This document shows, piece after piece, positions 36,100 to 49,600 of a stretch of DNA of 64,000 bases. The translations under genes and the position numbers were made by a program. The notes under the pieces are model-generated. The model did no database searches and was not told the origin of the DNA. It saw nothing but the letters and a program-made list of their open reading frames with translations. The stretch is from Mytilus californianus. Taxonomy: Eukaryota. Location of the stretch: assembly GCF_021869535.1 (NCBI RefSeq), contig NW_026262690.1:86552001-86616000 (forward strand). Direction: 5' to 3'. Each line of letters begins with the position of its first letter. Position 1 is the first letter of the stretch.

Positions 36100-36425
36100 C
36101 TAGAAAGTACACTTCTATATTATTTTAGTTCTTTCTTCGAAAATGTCTTCTCCAAGGCCTGCTCGAAGTTACAAAAAAAAGGACCAGTATGAAAATGATA
36201 CCAATTAAAGAACCTTCGTGAGCATACTTCAAAGACTCATAGCTCCTACAAAAGTCAACTGATAAAAATTTTTGTGAATATGTTCTAATCATCTTCAAAG
36301 TTTCCTGAAATTCTGTTGTATGGTTTCAGAGGAGTTGCGATGAAGTGAACAGGACTGATGGACAAACGGACTGACGGGTCAAAAACATTACACTTATTTA
36401 CTTTGTTGTGTGGGGTACAATAACT
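36100..36425 (+). mobile_element. Helentron-associated HINE/pearl-like element, 3' part
   Basis: tggtttcagaggagttgcgatga...gactgatggacaaacggactgacgggtcaaaaacatta...ttgttg.gtggggta.aataa terminal organisation. Confidence 0.55.
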
Positions 36426-37219
36426 TGGTAAATCCAATGAATTTGTTTATGATTCTTAATTTCTATATATAAATTATGACAAATAGTGTAGACTTGAAGA
36501 AATATGAACTATGACTTTTTTAGTATTTGAAATTAAAAAGGTATTGTAAAATTGTTCTTGTTTCAAGATTTTTGTTATATGGATAAAAATATAAGTGATA
36601 CCGGTACAGTAAGATGCATTTTTGTTGTGATATAAAAGTGAACAGTGCTGTAATTAACATTTGCACAAATTAAGAAATTAAGAAATTAACGAATGAATGA
36701 TAAATGTTTAACAATGAAAGAAAATTTTAGAAATTGATTAGGCCTTGTGAACTTTGTCCTTTTCTTTTACATCAATAAACATAATGTATAAGTGAATGAC
36801 CATTTAAAAATTCCATTTTTTGTTAAATTATTGACCCTTATAATTATGTGCAGTTTCATTTAAGGCCAATAAAAAAATAGGTGAGTTTCCTGTTGCATGC
36901 TCCCAAAAAAATAAATTGGAAGGTCAGCGGCTAATTCCACAAAACATCTTACGAGAAAAAAAAACTTGTAAGTCATGACCATTTTAGTATAACTTACGAT
37001 TAATTTTTGTCGTAAGACCCCTCTGGATTTTATTTCCATCAACTTTTAGTTTTATCATGAAGTTCGACAAATGTTACCAACTGCGAGGTCATGTGAAAAT
37101 TTATTTAAATGGGTATGCTGACTGAATGATTCTTTTCATTAACCACCCATGGCCATCAGATCAGTGGATTATCTGTTAACAAAAATAATGACATTAATTT
37201 TGTGACCATTGATTTCTCA

Positions 37220-38420
37220 TATATTTAACAGTCTCAAACGTGTCCATTTCACCCAAACATGTCCTTTAAACCTCAAATCGCCCAAAACATATCCAATTTT
37301 ATATCCCCAAAGGGTCTAATCATTTACTTTGCCAAAATGCGTTCGAATTTTTATTCTCCAAAACGTGTCCTACAATTGTTATTTGCCGAAAACTTGTCCA
37401 CTTTATGAAAACTTTTAGCTCTAATATGTCCTCAGTTTTAATGCAATAACGTTTACCATACGGCATTCAATGATGGGACAGGAGACACGACTGAAGACGT
37501 CGGGTTTCGATCATTTTAAAAAAAAAAGTTTAACGCCGCTATCCAAGGATATCTAGAGGAAAGGTGTAGTGATCCGTGTAGTCCAAGATGTGGTACACTA
37601 TGCACAGTTAAAGATTACTGACTTAATTCTGCTCAAATGAATATACACCAGATAAGAAAAAGATTATCACTACATAAAATTATCTTCACTTGCTAGCTTT
37701 TCTTAATTTTTTATCAATATGATAATGATAATATTATTGTTATAATTTTGGAAGGTATTTCACACTTTCAAAAATCTTATAATTTTATCTTGCAAGTTTT
37801 CACTAGACTAGTGCAAGTTTTCTCAGTGCTTCTACTATTGATTAAGTGGTCATTTATTAGATTAGCATTAGTTTGTTCAAAGAAGGTTATTTATATTTAT
37901 CATAATTTGAGATTTAATTTGCAACACATACATTAACTCTAGACTGTTGATTGCTTAATGCCCAGTGGCAAATATTTCATGCATATTTAGAGCCAACATA
38001 AAGATTGCAATTAGTTAGTTTTGTACAGTTATATTCATTGTTTACAAAATTCTGTTGTACTAATATACTGCAGTGATGCCTAAATATCTTAATAATGTAT
38101 TAGGGTATTGCACGGACAGCTTCTTGCAAGAGTTTTTTCTGTGCTTTTAGAGAGTTACTGTTCCATTTTCACTATAAAACAATTAATAATCCTGTAGTAG
38201 CGATTAGATTTATTTTTAAACAATGTGTGATTAATTTACAAATCACTATTTAATAACGGTGGATACGATTGAGCGTTCCTAAAAGGGAGACGTTTTGGCT
38301 TCATATAGAACGTTTGGGAGATTGGCCACGTTTGGGTGTTCATAAAAAGGACAGGTTTTGGTGTTCATTGACGTCTGACATATGGACACGTTTGGGGGGA
38401 TGGACATGTTTCTGAGTGTA
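37220..38420. mobile_element. Degenerate foldback-like element with inverted clusters of CCAAAACGTGTCC-like motifs
   Basis: caaacgtgtcc/ccaaaacgtgtcc repeats at 37.2-37.4 kb and complementary ggacacgtttgg/ggacaggttttgg repeats at 38.28-38.42 kb. Confidence 0.45.
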
Positions 38421-40559
38421 CATACATATTACTGCTTACTTGGGAGCACTAAATGTGCACTTCAAAAATACATAATATAGTAATAGTTTATATATAATAT
38501 GAAGAGAAAAAGCAATAATTATATGCAACCTTATATATGTATTTTAACCAAAAATTTCTTCACTACAAGTATTTAACATATCCAACTAAATAAGACATCA
38601 CATGACTTCGATGACGTAGCAATGCGCCATCCATAGTAAATTTGTCTCATAGACATTGCATAGGCCTTTCAATAAACTTTAATTTTTCCGTTAATCCGAT
38701 CCATTTTCTAACTTTTGCACCTCTTTCCTTTGTCTTTGAAAATAAATCTTTCTTAAAATATTGACCCTGACTGTTTAAATTTAGATGAAATTACGTCCCT
38801 GATCAATTGTTAATATTGCTCTTTTTCTCCTCATCTGCCCGTTGACTGTATTGTATAACCAAAAAAACCTTCGTCTTCTTATACATCAATTTCACAAATT
38901 CCTTAAACAAATGTATAACTTTGCACCTATATTGTAATATCTGAAACATACATCTAGCGCTGCATTCTATTTTTAACAGTTTAATTCGTTGGCAAATTAC
39001 GTCCCTAATCGATTTGAAACCATGATTTTTTCGACGATGTCGGGATTTTTCCAAATGTCAGCTGTATCATTTGTCGTGTTCATACTTCAGATAAATTTGC
39101 CTTTCTCGTTATTTATTTGGCATATTTCTGAAAGTGGCATGTTTTGTCCATGATTATTTTAAAAGTAGTTTTTTTCGATGCAAAAAAAATATTTTTGTTA
39201 CAGTCAATACATATTTTACCCGCGGGAAATTCTTCCAAACATAAAATTCTATCACAACACTGGATAAAATTTCAGCCTAAACTCTGATTTTCTGAATTTT
39301 TTTTTTTTTTTTGTAATTTTATTTGACAAAGTTTTTACCGAAATTTCTGGATCTTGATATCTATTTGTCAAAACTTATTATCGTTACAATGCCATCGTTC
39401 GTTTATATAAATTAATGTTAAGACATCGTATACGTTCGGGTATTTCACATCACATCTTTTATAGTTATGTTCTATGAAAAGCACAAAAATGTCGTTATTA
39501 ACCTCAAAAACTTACCAAACCTTAAAACAGACTTAAATACAAAGGATATAAAAATTAAAAACAACACGTTATAAATTTCATGCGTTCGAAGCGCTTTTCT
39601 GGATTTACCTTCATCGTTACGATATTGTTGTCAAGTCATTAAAAATGGCATTTTTTAAAATTAATAGTGATTCACTCATAGGGTCTTTGCATAGCAAATA
39701 AACACAATTATTTTAAAACCAGTTTTTGGCATGATACGGGTTATGTTCTTTTCGTATAGTTTATGATGGCATGATACTATCGGGAGGTATTGTGGTTGAT
39801 ATTCATATGATCAAGATTTTTCAATCAGTTTAATTGAGGTCTGGAGCTGACATGTCAGTAACTGCTATTGATCTTTTGTTAATTTATGTTTATTATTGTC
39901 ATTTTGCTTATTTTCTTCTGTAACCTATTCTGAAATCAGACTCGAACTTCTTTTGAACGGAGTTTTACTGTTCGTTTTGCTGAGTGTTTGTTTATTCCAC
40001 ATTAGCTAGAGGTATGGGGGAAGGGTTAAGATCTCACAAAACATGTTTTGACTAGAGGTATAGGTGAAGGGTTAAGATCTCACAAAACATGTTTTACCCC
40101 GCCGCATTATTGTGCCTGTCCAAAGTCAGGATCCTCTAACCTTTGTTAGTCTTGCGGGTGTGTGTGGTTTTTTTGTTTTTGTTTTTATTTTGGTTCATCT
40201 GTATGATTCGGTGTGTTTGGTGTGGTGTTAATTTAGCTGAACTAGTATACATTATTGTTTAGGAATCAGCTGAAGCGCGCCTCCGGGTGCGTGATTTTTC
40301 TCGCTGCGTTGAAGACCCATTTGTGGCCTTGGACTGCTTTCTGCTCTTTGGTCATGTTGTTTTCTTTTTGACACATTACCCGTTTCCATTCAATATCTTA
40401 ATACCGAGACCAATTCGAACTATGAGGCACCCTGTTTCTCTCCTTTTTGGAGTTCAAGCTATTCCCTTAGTTGTTTTCACTTAGTTTGTATATTTAAAAT
40501 AGATTTATGATTTTTTTTTATCAGTACACTACTGCTGCCACATATTTTCCAAGATACGA

Positions 40560-43500
40560 AAAAAAACACACTTTTTACTATAGCAATTTGCTAAATACTA
40601 TTTTATACTTATTGTCAAATGAGATATTAGCTAAATATCGGTAATACTACATGACATTCTTATCTTATACATGCATGTTTTGTTAAATATGTTATTATTT
40701 ATGTCACGAAATATTGTATTATAAGCAGAGGCACTTGTCACTGAAAAAGTACCGATTGTTTCCATTAATATAACATGTTATGTTAAGGTATGTAGGTTGT
40801 TTTTTTTAGAAAGACAAGTGTCTGTAAGCTAAGCTGAGATGTCAGCTCAAATTTGCAGATAATACACGATGCTGCGTCTTGCTTAATTTTTTATTAAATG
40901 TCTTGACAAAATCGTGGTTTGACCTTTATTCTTCATTTTTTGTTTTATTTTTCTTTTCTTTCTCTTTTTAATTATTTTCTTTTTTGTGCTTTCGGGCGTC
41001 TTTTAATAAAAAGAAATAATAATTTAACATATTATAAATTTGAACTTAAGTTAACATTATGACGTTCATAGTAACGTGTAATGCTTTATAATTAAAACAT
41101 ATGCTGTCATTAAAACCAGGTTTAATCCACCATTTTCGACAGAAGGAAATGCCTGTGGATGCTATCAACAGTTTTTTTTCTATTACGTCAAATTTTGAAG
41201 GACCATGCATAAGTGACCCTTGGTGTTAATAAAGATACTTGTATAAAACTAGATATCACTGGAATCAGAATTTTCTCTACTTTATAATGATATTAAAAAA
41301 AAAGTGTAATTTTAACCAACAAAAAAAGTTCTACCCAGAGAAAATGAAAAAAAAGCAAAATCTCAACATGAAAAACCTGAAATCAGGTCATGTGCATACC
41401 CATAGAGGCATGATGCAAGCACATTTCAGATAATCAAAACTGTATGAATTTCAAAGAATTTTATCTGGTCTTTTGAAAAATTCTCAATTCAGGGTACGTT
41501 CGCCTGCTCCAGAAGAGCTACAGTAACAACAAATAAGTTTTCACTTTTCATTTCCAAAAAACAGGAAGTTTACAGTGTTGTCTCCTCTGAAAACAAGTAT
41601 ATTTAATTATTTTTTTAAAAATTATTTTGATCTTCAACCTGTTTTAATTGAAAGCTAACTTACTCATTTTTACTATCAAATGCCAAAAAACATGATACTT
41701 TTCCCCAATTATGAAAGGGATTTCCCTCCATGGCTATTTTTAGTCTTTTATACGAGACTGTTTATAGCACCCTGTACCAAGTGAGAAATATGACAGTTGT
41801 TTTCCATTCGTTTGATGTGTTTGAGCTTTTGATTTTGCCATTTGATAAGGGACTTTCCGTTTTGAATTTTACTTTGAGTTCGTTTTTTTTTTGTTATTTT
41901 ACTTTTTCAACATTAAACTATAATGTGTATGCTTTTAGATTATATATAAAAACACGTGGAACGTAAAAATTATAGTGGTTTACGGATGTTTAAATCTCAT
42001 AAATCCATTTAAAACATACAAACCAATATGAAACAAAGCTGAGGCCAAGGCTTCCAAAGAGTAAGCGTCTCCTAAGTGTGCTGTATATAAGTCAAATATG
42101 TGAATCCACACTCAGTAAAAGTAAAAAAAAAATAATACCCGTTGAATAGGACACAATCAGGCGATCTTTCTGGTATCAATGTAAATGTCGTCATTTAGTT
42201 TAGATAAATCGCATCAGTAAAAAAAATCTCGATAGTGACAGTAAAACTTATGTAGTGTCGATTTTAGTCGTTCTTTCTCATAACTCTGTTGTGCCAGTGT
42301 TTGTGTTAGAACCACATCCCTGTTAATGAAGTCATAAAGGCAGATGAGTATGTTATTGCTGGAATGCGAGTTTTGAGTAACATGCCATCATCAATAGATC
42401 GGACACTAAAATTCAGAGTTTGGAAAAATCTTTTTTGTTTTTGTCTTAGAGGACATTCTGTATTAATTCTGCTTTCATGATGAGTACAAAATCAAGTCAG
42501 CCAGTAGGTTCCACAATTAGTAATTTAGTAATTTAGTACCCAGTGCAATACCGGCTGTTTAGGGAAATTTCAATCCACCAAATTCGACAATTGTGTGTTC
42601 AATCAAAAAGTCCATTAGTATGATGATGTTATGTTCGGTATATTTAATAATTCCTATCAGAATTCTTACAAAATGACACATCCCGTTTCTTGCAGAGTCC
42701 AAAATAAAAGCTCCTCGAAAAAACCGATATATCATCTTTAATTGATCAAAATGAACACTTTCGATAAAGAAATAAAAAACTTATTTTATAATGTATATAT
42801 TCTTCCATTTCAATATTCGTATGAATTGTCTTGTCTTAAATATGAAAAAAGGTCGATCAAAAATTGTACACAGATCAGACAAATTTAACCTTGTTCTTTG
42901 GACTTCCCAGAAGTACTTAAATTGTTTCAATCAAACAATGAGTTTGTTTAAAAAGTAATACCCTTTGAATACTCAAATTGCTTCGCAATTATTTTTGCTA
43001 TCTCCAAAACGACAAAGCAATAGAACTCTGATCATTTAAAGACATTTCAGTCCTTTACGTTCAATAACAAATTCAGGTTCAGGGTGTAGAGGCTGTACAC
43101 CGTCATGATCATATTTATTTGATTGACAAATATCTTTTTCGGGCATATTTTTGGGCGATTATTACCATAATCATGATAATGGACATTAAATCCCCCTTTT
43201 CCTTCAAATCCTGACCCACCCCTGAACATTTTTTAGGATTTGAATTAATGTTGATATCATTCTCACGGATTTAACATATGTTTATACTATCCGAAAGGGT
43301 GGCTAGAACAAATCTTATTGTATTCTATTTATCAAAGTCATAAAAGCACAAACACAATACACATCTAATAAATAGACTAATACATAATAAAATTAATTAT
43401 TTTGATCTTTAGTCGTGTATACTTAAACTTTGTGAATCTATTGGTCTCGAAATTTTGGATATTTCGCTACTTCGCCTTCTTGTTGATAGACATATATATA

Positions 43501-45400
43501 TATATAATTTTTAGAAAATTCAAAGGATGACAGTCTTGTTGATTGACTCATGGAAAGTAATATCAATTTCATTCTACTTTCCTTTTTGATTTTCTGAAAA
43601 TAGCATTGAGGTCTAATAATTGGAAAATACAAATTGATACATGACATACATTACGCGATTACTAAATCAATAGGATCGACACTAACGGTAAGTTGTTTGT
43701 CAACGGATTATTTTATTTTTTGAGTTTGTGTGCACTTAGATAAACATGTCCCCATTTCAGAATTACTATTGATAACATTTCACCTTTTCTGTTTATATAC
43801 ACACTTACAGCCTCTCGTATAGACATGCGCATTTATAACCTTACTTTAACAATGATTTGTACTTGATGTGTACTGACACAAGTCGTGTTTATAAATAAAA
43901 ATATAAGAACCTGTCTAACAATAAGAACCATTTACTTCAAGATTTACTGCGTGTATATAATAAAATTGAGAATGGAAATGGGGAATATGTCAAAGAGACA
44001 TTTTCCGTTTTGAATTTTCCTAGGAGTTCGGTATTTTTGTTATATTACTTTTTAAACGTGGTGGAACTTATAGAAGTTTTTAATTTGTGTTTACGGTAAC
44101 AAGTACGTAAATGGATGATCTCACGGAATTTTATGAAATTTTGAACACAACTAGAGCATGAGGAACTGCACATGTACATCGAAAGAATGATATATTTAAC
44201 TTTTATACTTTCGGATATGTAGCAAATAAAATATCCAGAAAATAAAAGTACAAATGCAAAGAATACATGTAAATATCGTAAAAAAAAAGTAAAGCAATTT
44301 TAAATAAAAATTAGCATTTCTCGAAATCCTGGCCTATGAATTTCCTCTAAATAATGATATGTTATTGCCACTTAAATTTTCATTTTATTGATATTAAATT
44401 CATAGGGGTCACCGAATTCTGTGTTTGAGTATAAAGAGTTGAATCTTTTGTACAGCGTGGAAAAGTATGAAACAGGCAAACATTATCGTGATGTCGTGGC
44501 TAGGAATCCGAATTTTTGACGTTTCTAAATATTGCCGAGACATTTAAGTGATTAGTACAGCAAAAACGCATTCGATGACCCCATATTATTTTCATATCGA
44601 TGAAACGGAAATTTTAGTGGCAATAGCATATCACTTTTAAAGAAAATGTGTAGGACATGTTTTGATTGAAGGCAATTTAAAGTCAAATTTTTCCATATTT
44701 TTGTCGATATTTTCGTGCATTCTATACACCCCCAGTTTTTGGTGGGGTTCATGATGCTCAGTCTATGGTTTTCTATGTTGTGTTTTGTGTACTGTTGTTT
44801 GTCTGTTTGTCTTTTTTTCTTTTTTAGCCATGACGTTGTCAGTTTTTTTTTCGACTTATGAGTTTGAATGTCCTTTTGGTATCCTTCGCCTCTCCTATAC
44901 ATTGGCACTTTTATTTTGGCAGAATATTCAATTTGCTATATATCCGAAAGTATAAAAGTTACTTTTTTTCGATATTCAGATGCAGTTGCACTTCCTCTTA
45001 TTGCTTGCAAAAATCTCATAAAAGTTCGTGAGATTGCTCCTTTACGTACCTGTTACCTTAACATCATCAACTTTGTTTTTTTTAAACAATTTTTAATTTC
45101 ATATTCTTTGTTGTAAGTTTAAGATGTCTCTTTTTTTATGAAGTAATGCCGAACATTTTCTTTGTTTTCAGTCCTCTTCAACTTTCTACCTGAAAGCATC
45201 AATGAAGAGTTTATATTCTACTTAATTTGGCTTTTCAGCAATTTTGATTATTCGAACGCCACTTGTGAGTCTTGCAAACAATACGCCTGTCTAGCGTGAC
45301 AAATATAAGCCAGGTATATTTCACGAGTTTTACAACTACTTGGTCGATGCAACTGCGTGTTGACGTTTCGTCCCCGATAGTATCAACAGCTGTGTAGTAT
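40560..45400. repeat. Diverged segmental duplication; paralogous copy at ~60960-64000
   Basis: Collinear shared blocks, e.g. ctttttactatagca, ctaaatatcggta.tactac, cgatgctgcgtct, gtaaaacttatgtagtgtcgat, gttaatgaagtcataa..gcagatgagtatgtta, tatacttaaacttt..aatctattggtctc, and the hammerhead repeat at 45250 vs 63795. Confidence 0.8.
42150..42420 (-). mobile_element. Old PLE RT C-terminal fragment (also present in the paralog at ~61700-61860)
   Basis: Minus frame reads LYDFINRDVVLTQTLAQQSYEKERLKSTLHKFY, matching the DFLxR..LT.KLL.QGY...RLKS.L.KFYG motif. Confidence 0.6.
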
Positions 45401-45590
45401 TCACTTGATCAGGTAATGTTTGTAAAACATTTGTCTAATTTGTTAAGTTATGATACTAAGGATTTTTTACTCCCAGGCAGAGATGACCATACCTTTTTGG
45501 AATATTTTATTTTCAATGCTCTTTTATTTTAATGTGAGCGACACTGATGATTTTTGTGCTGACGAAACGAGCTCTGCCTTGACAAGTTAT
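45245..45590. mobile_element. PLE pseudo-LTR-like cassette with three decayed hammerhead cores (+, -, +)
   Basis: 45250-45295 (+, decayed); 45345-45390 (-, ctgttga..ggggac-gaaa-cg-tc); 45535-45580 (+, gagcgaca-CTGATGA..gac-GAAA-cg). Confidence 0.5.
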
Positions 45591-46101
45591 AAGGCTTAGC
45601 CTGGTATCTTTTGTCAGTTTGTTTTCTGTAATTTTCTTTTTAATAGCTTTCCTATCATACAGTGCAGATATAATTTATTGTTAGTAATGGCGACGAATAT
45701 CTATATTTTATTTTCCAGGTAACAGCATATGTCTATTGGTTTCATTTTGGAAGACCTCTTGGCCGTAAAGCATTTTACTACATTTTGAATGTATTAAAAC
45801 TATTCATTTCCAAAACGATTAGGTAAGTTCATGTTCCAATCTTTCTTTAAGATTTTTTTTCTAAAATGAAACACATACTTATCAAGAAAGCTTCTTTTAT
45901 GACAATTTGTTAGAAGGCTAAATATAACTTTTGATATGGGACCAAATATGTATTTATGTAATTAATTCGTGTATAAGTCCCAACTTTTAATTACGTTAAC
46001 GACGAAGCACATTGTAAAAGTGTCACACAATTTTGTGGTTCAAGGATTTGTCAAAAACATTAAAAAACACTTCCCCTTTAATTATATTTACAGCCATCAA
46101 T

Positions 46102-46621
46102 ATGTCTATTCAGTTCCGCAACAGAGAACAAAATCAACTCACAAAATGGATTGGAGGGAGGAAGAAATACACACTTTTGTATAAGGCATCCAGAGACGGA
46201 TGTACTCATACAGCTTTCCGTAATAACTGTAATAACAAAGGACCAACAGTGACAGTCCTTTACAATACTGACAACTTCATGTACGGTGGATATACGTCGG
46301 CTAGCTGGAAAAGTATTGGAAACTATCAGAATGACGGTTCAGCATTCCTCTTCAGGTTTTATCAAAATGGCAAGTGGAAACCAGTACGGATGCCTATCGT
46401 GAATGCCCAAAATGCGATCTACGATCACCCTTCTTATGGACCTACCTTTGGTGGGTATGACTTGCATACATTTTCGAACACAGTAAACTTCGATGGAACA
46501 AGCTTCCCTTTAAATGGATCTGCTAGCTTTGGAGTATCGTACACTATGAACGGAGAAAACTACAAATCTATCGCTAATGGCCATCTTCGAGTAAAAGACA
46601 TTAGAGTTTATTTGGTAGAAG
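46102..46621 (+). CDS. IFI44L: IFI44-like coding exon 1 (TLDc domain)
   Basis: Acceptor tttacag ending at 46093; ATG at 46102; donor GAAG|gtaaaa. Confidence 0.9.
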
Positions 46622-49600
46622 GTAAAACATTTAATGATAAATTAATAAGACAAAATAAGATAAAAGATTTGACATAAAAAAAAGAAAATATATAAAACAG
46701 AAATATTGACGATATAGTGTTTCCATCTATCTACAAATTTTGCAAACAGTGCCACGGGAAAGGTTAAAATAGACTTCAGTTTAACCGGTCAATTAGTTTC
46801 TGTTGAGGTCATCTTGAAAACTCCATATGTTTCTAGGACAAAACTTTGATCATGGTTTTATGCTTTTTTTTTCTAATTGATAACTGTGTGTTCTGAAAAA
46901 TATTTTTTTTAAATTTCATTGTTTTACCCTTCAAGTTGGCCATGTTACTATAAACAAATTGGGGTATTCTGTACTATTATTTTCATTCTAATTATTATCA
47001 TTTTAATTATTATTGCATAAGATTTAGCTGGCGACACACCACTGGACGGATCATGGCGAAAAACTGCCAAATGGAACCTAAAGGTAAGCGAAAGTAGTTG
47101 TTTTGACTTGTTTGTTTCCTTAAGATTTAAACAACAATATTTTCAACTACAAATCAAAGTAATCGTTAACTTCTTTAATACCGGGTTTGTACTAACATTA
47201 GCAACACGACGGGTGCCACATGTGGAGCAGGATCTGCTCACACTTCTGGGGCATCTGAGATCATCCCCAGTTTTGGTGGGGTTCGTGTTGCTTAGTCTTT
47301 AGTTTTCTATGTTGTGTTTTGAGTACTATTGTTGTTGGTCTTTTCTTTTTTATCCATGGCGTTGTCAGTTTATTTTCTACTTATGAGTTTGAATGTTCCT
47401 TTGGTATCTTTCGCCTCTTTTCTAGGCAAAAGAAATATTACATCTGTGCTATATTTTATTGCGATTTTTTCTCTTTTGGGGTTTTTGGTACCTGCCAAAC
47501 ATTCAATCTGATTAATTTATTTCTGGTGTATTATCTTCTTATGATATGATAAAAGTTTATCCCGAAAAGTGAGAAGAACACGTTTTTCAACTTTTAGTTT
47601 TTGATTGAACAGTAATTAGATAAAAGGGTAGCATGCTCATGTGCAGTATAGGTTAGACAACATGAATATTATGGTGTGATGTATACGTCCACGAGATAGC
47701 AGCACAACGATAGCTATATGGCATTTTACCGTCTACAACAATAGACAGGTGTCTAGGTTTGAAAAAGAAGGAAAAAACTATTTAATCAAGAGATATGTTC
47801 AGTGTTTATTATTTCGATAGTATAATTTGCAAACATTGAATTAAATAACTCTTAATATGTTAATTAAGCAGATCTTTTCGAAGTCAATTATACATCACAG
47901 AGGGAGATGGGCCACATAGTCTCAATACAAATGAGATGCGGAAATACTAACACTTTTGGATACCAATTATCATTGCCTTATTCTTAGTTTCCATTAAACT
48001 GACCTAATCACAAACTTTGTCAAAATTTGGAATAGGACACTATTCTGGTATCTTACTGTAACTTGCCTATAGGTGTTGCTGTTACCTTTACCTATTGTTC
48101 AACCAGATTATAAAATTAACAATACAATTTGGACATTTAAATTGACCTGTTGGTATTGTTAGAGTTGATGAACAGATGATCACTCATGCATTTAGAGTCT
48201 TCCTTGATGCTGTCCCATCACTTTACCTGTTCAATTGTCACTGTAACTGAGATAGGTCTTTCAAAAGTTCTCCATGGAGTATTAAGGCTTCAGTTTTTAT
48301 CTTTGTTAAATAACATAACATGCAAACAGTTTAAAGTAGTATATATGGTGTAAATAAAGCAAGTGTATAGCTACAAGATGAAAAATTATTTCATGTTCTA
48401 AAATTTGCCATCCAGTATTCCACCTTCAGTACTTAGTATTAGAAATCATTTTAAAATATTTTACTAACTTTATTAACTTTTCGGAATCTTTTCTTTCATG
48501 TTTCACTATATCAATAGAGTTTTTTCAGTATCCAAAGTATTCTGTTTAATTTCCTTTGATATGTATCACAATTAAACAGGTGCAGAGTCTTTATATTAGA
48601 TCCAGAATTTTGTAATTTTATATTATTTCAAATATCACATTCAAAATACATATTCTAACTTTACAAATATTTTGGAATATTTTAGTTTTATTTTTCACTA
48701 TATCACTTAATTTTGCTATATCCACAGTATTCAGTTTTTATTTCATTTCCCATGATATATGTCCCAATTAAAACATATTAGAGCCAGAATTTTATAATGA
48801 TTATTTCCAATATCACATTCAAAATGGTTATCCTCACTTTATGAATTTTTTGGAATATTTTTTTTATACTTTTATTTTTCACTTTATCACTAGATTTGAC
48901 TATATCTACTGTACTCACATTTTATTTCATTTCCATGATATGTATCCCATTTAAACAGGTAAATCATCTTCATATAAGATCCAGAATTTTATAATGATTA
49001 TTTTCAAAATCACATTTAAAGCCATAGAAACATGTTGGATGAACTTATTTCTCCTACTTGCATTCCAGTTTTGATTTTTTTTACCTTTTAGATTAACTAA
49101 ATCCCATCTTAAAAAAAGTGAATTCCTTTGAGTGAACGCAGTAATTTGATGCACAAAAATCCTAATAGATTTCAAAGAAAAACAAGGTATACTCCAAAAT
49201 TATTTCGAATTTTACATGTACATCATCATGTGAAACATTTTGAATGAATTATTTCCTTCTTGATACATTCATGACACTCCATTCTTGTAAAAAAAAAGTC
49301 ACATTTTTAAGAAGCAGAATTAAATGGCATCTAAGAAGTGAGTTTAAATAAATTAAATCCCAATATTTTATGCACATTGATTCCAATAGATTTCAAACAC
49401 TGTGAATTATACTCAAAAACGAAATGTTTGGAGGGATATATGAAGAAATGCACAATATATCCATCTGAAAACTGAAACAGAAAACACCTGAATAGCTATT
49501 TCTTGTTTCACTGACAACAAACAGGACAATACTATGTTTAAGGGTTAAAAATTTAAAGATTCATGTATCATGTAAAAACAGTTTAATGTTTATACATGTT

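Noticed and set aside
38620-39470. Possible decayed single-exon gene on the minus strand
   Set aside because: Short protein-like stretches in shifting frames with many stops and no recognisable motif; cannot be supported.
41536-41570. ISRE/IRF-like GAAAAGTGAAA (minus strand) plus ETS site as the IFI44L promoter
   Set aside because: Lies about 4.5 kb from the ATG within a repeat-derived block that is absent from the paralogous upstream copy. A similar motif at ~53642 is inside a Kolobok MITE. No TSS evidence.
45719-45822. 5' UTR exon with a 19-codon uORF for IFI44L
   Set aside because: Splice signals are plausible (ttccag| ... ag|gtaagt) but common in AT-rich DNA; needs transcript evidence.
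46033-46101. ORF-track N-terminal extension of the TLDc exon (and the 46622-46677 tail)
   Set aside because: Begins at GTG in intron-like sequence upstream of a clear acceptor (46093); the tail lies past the GT donor at 46622.
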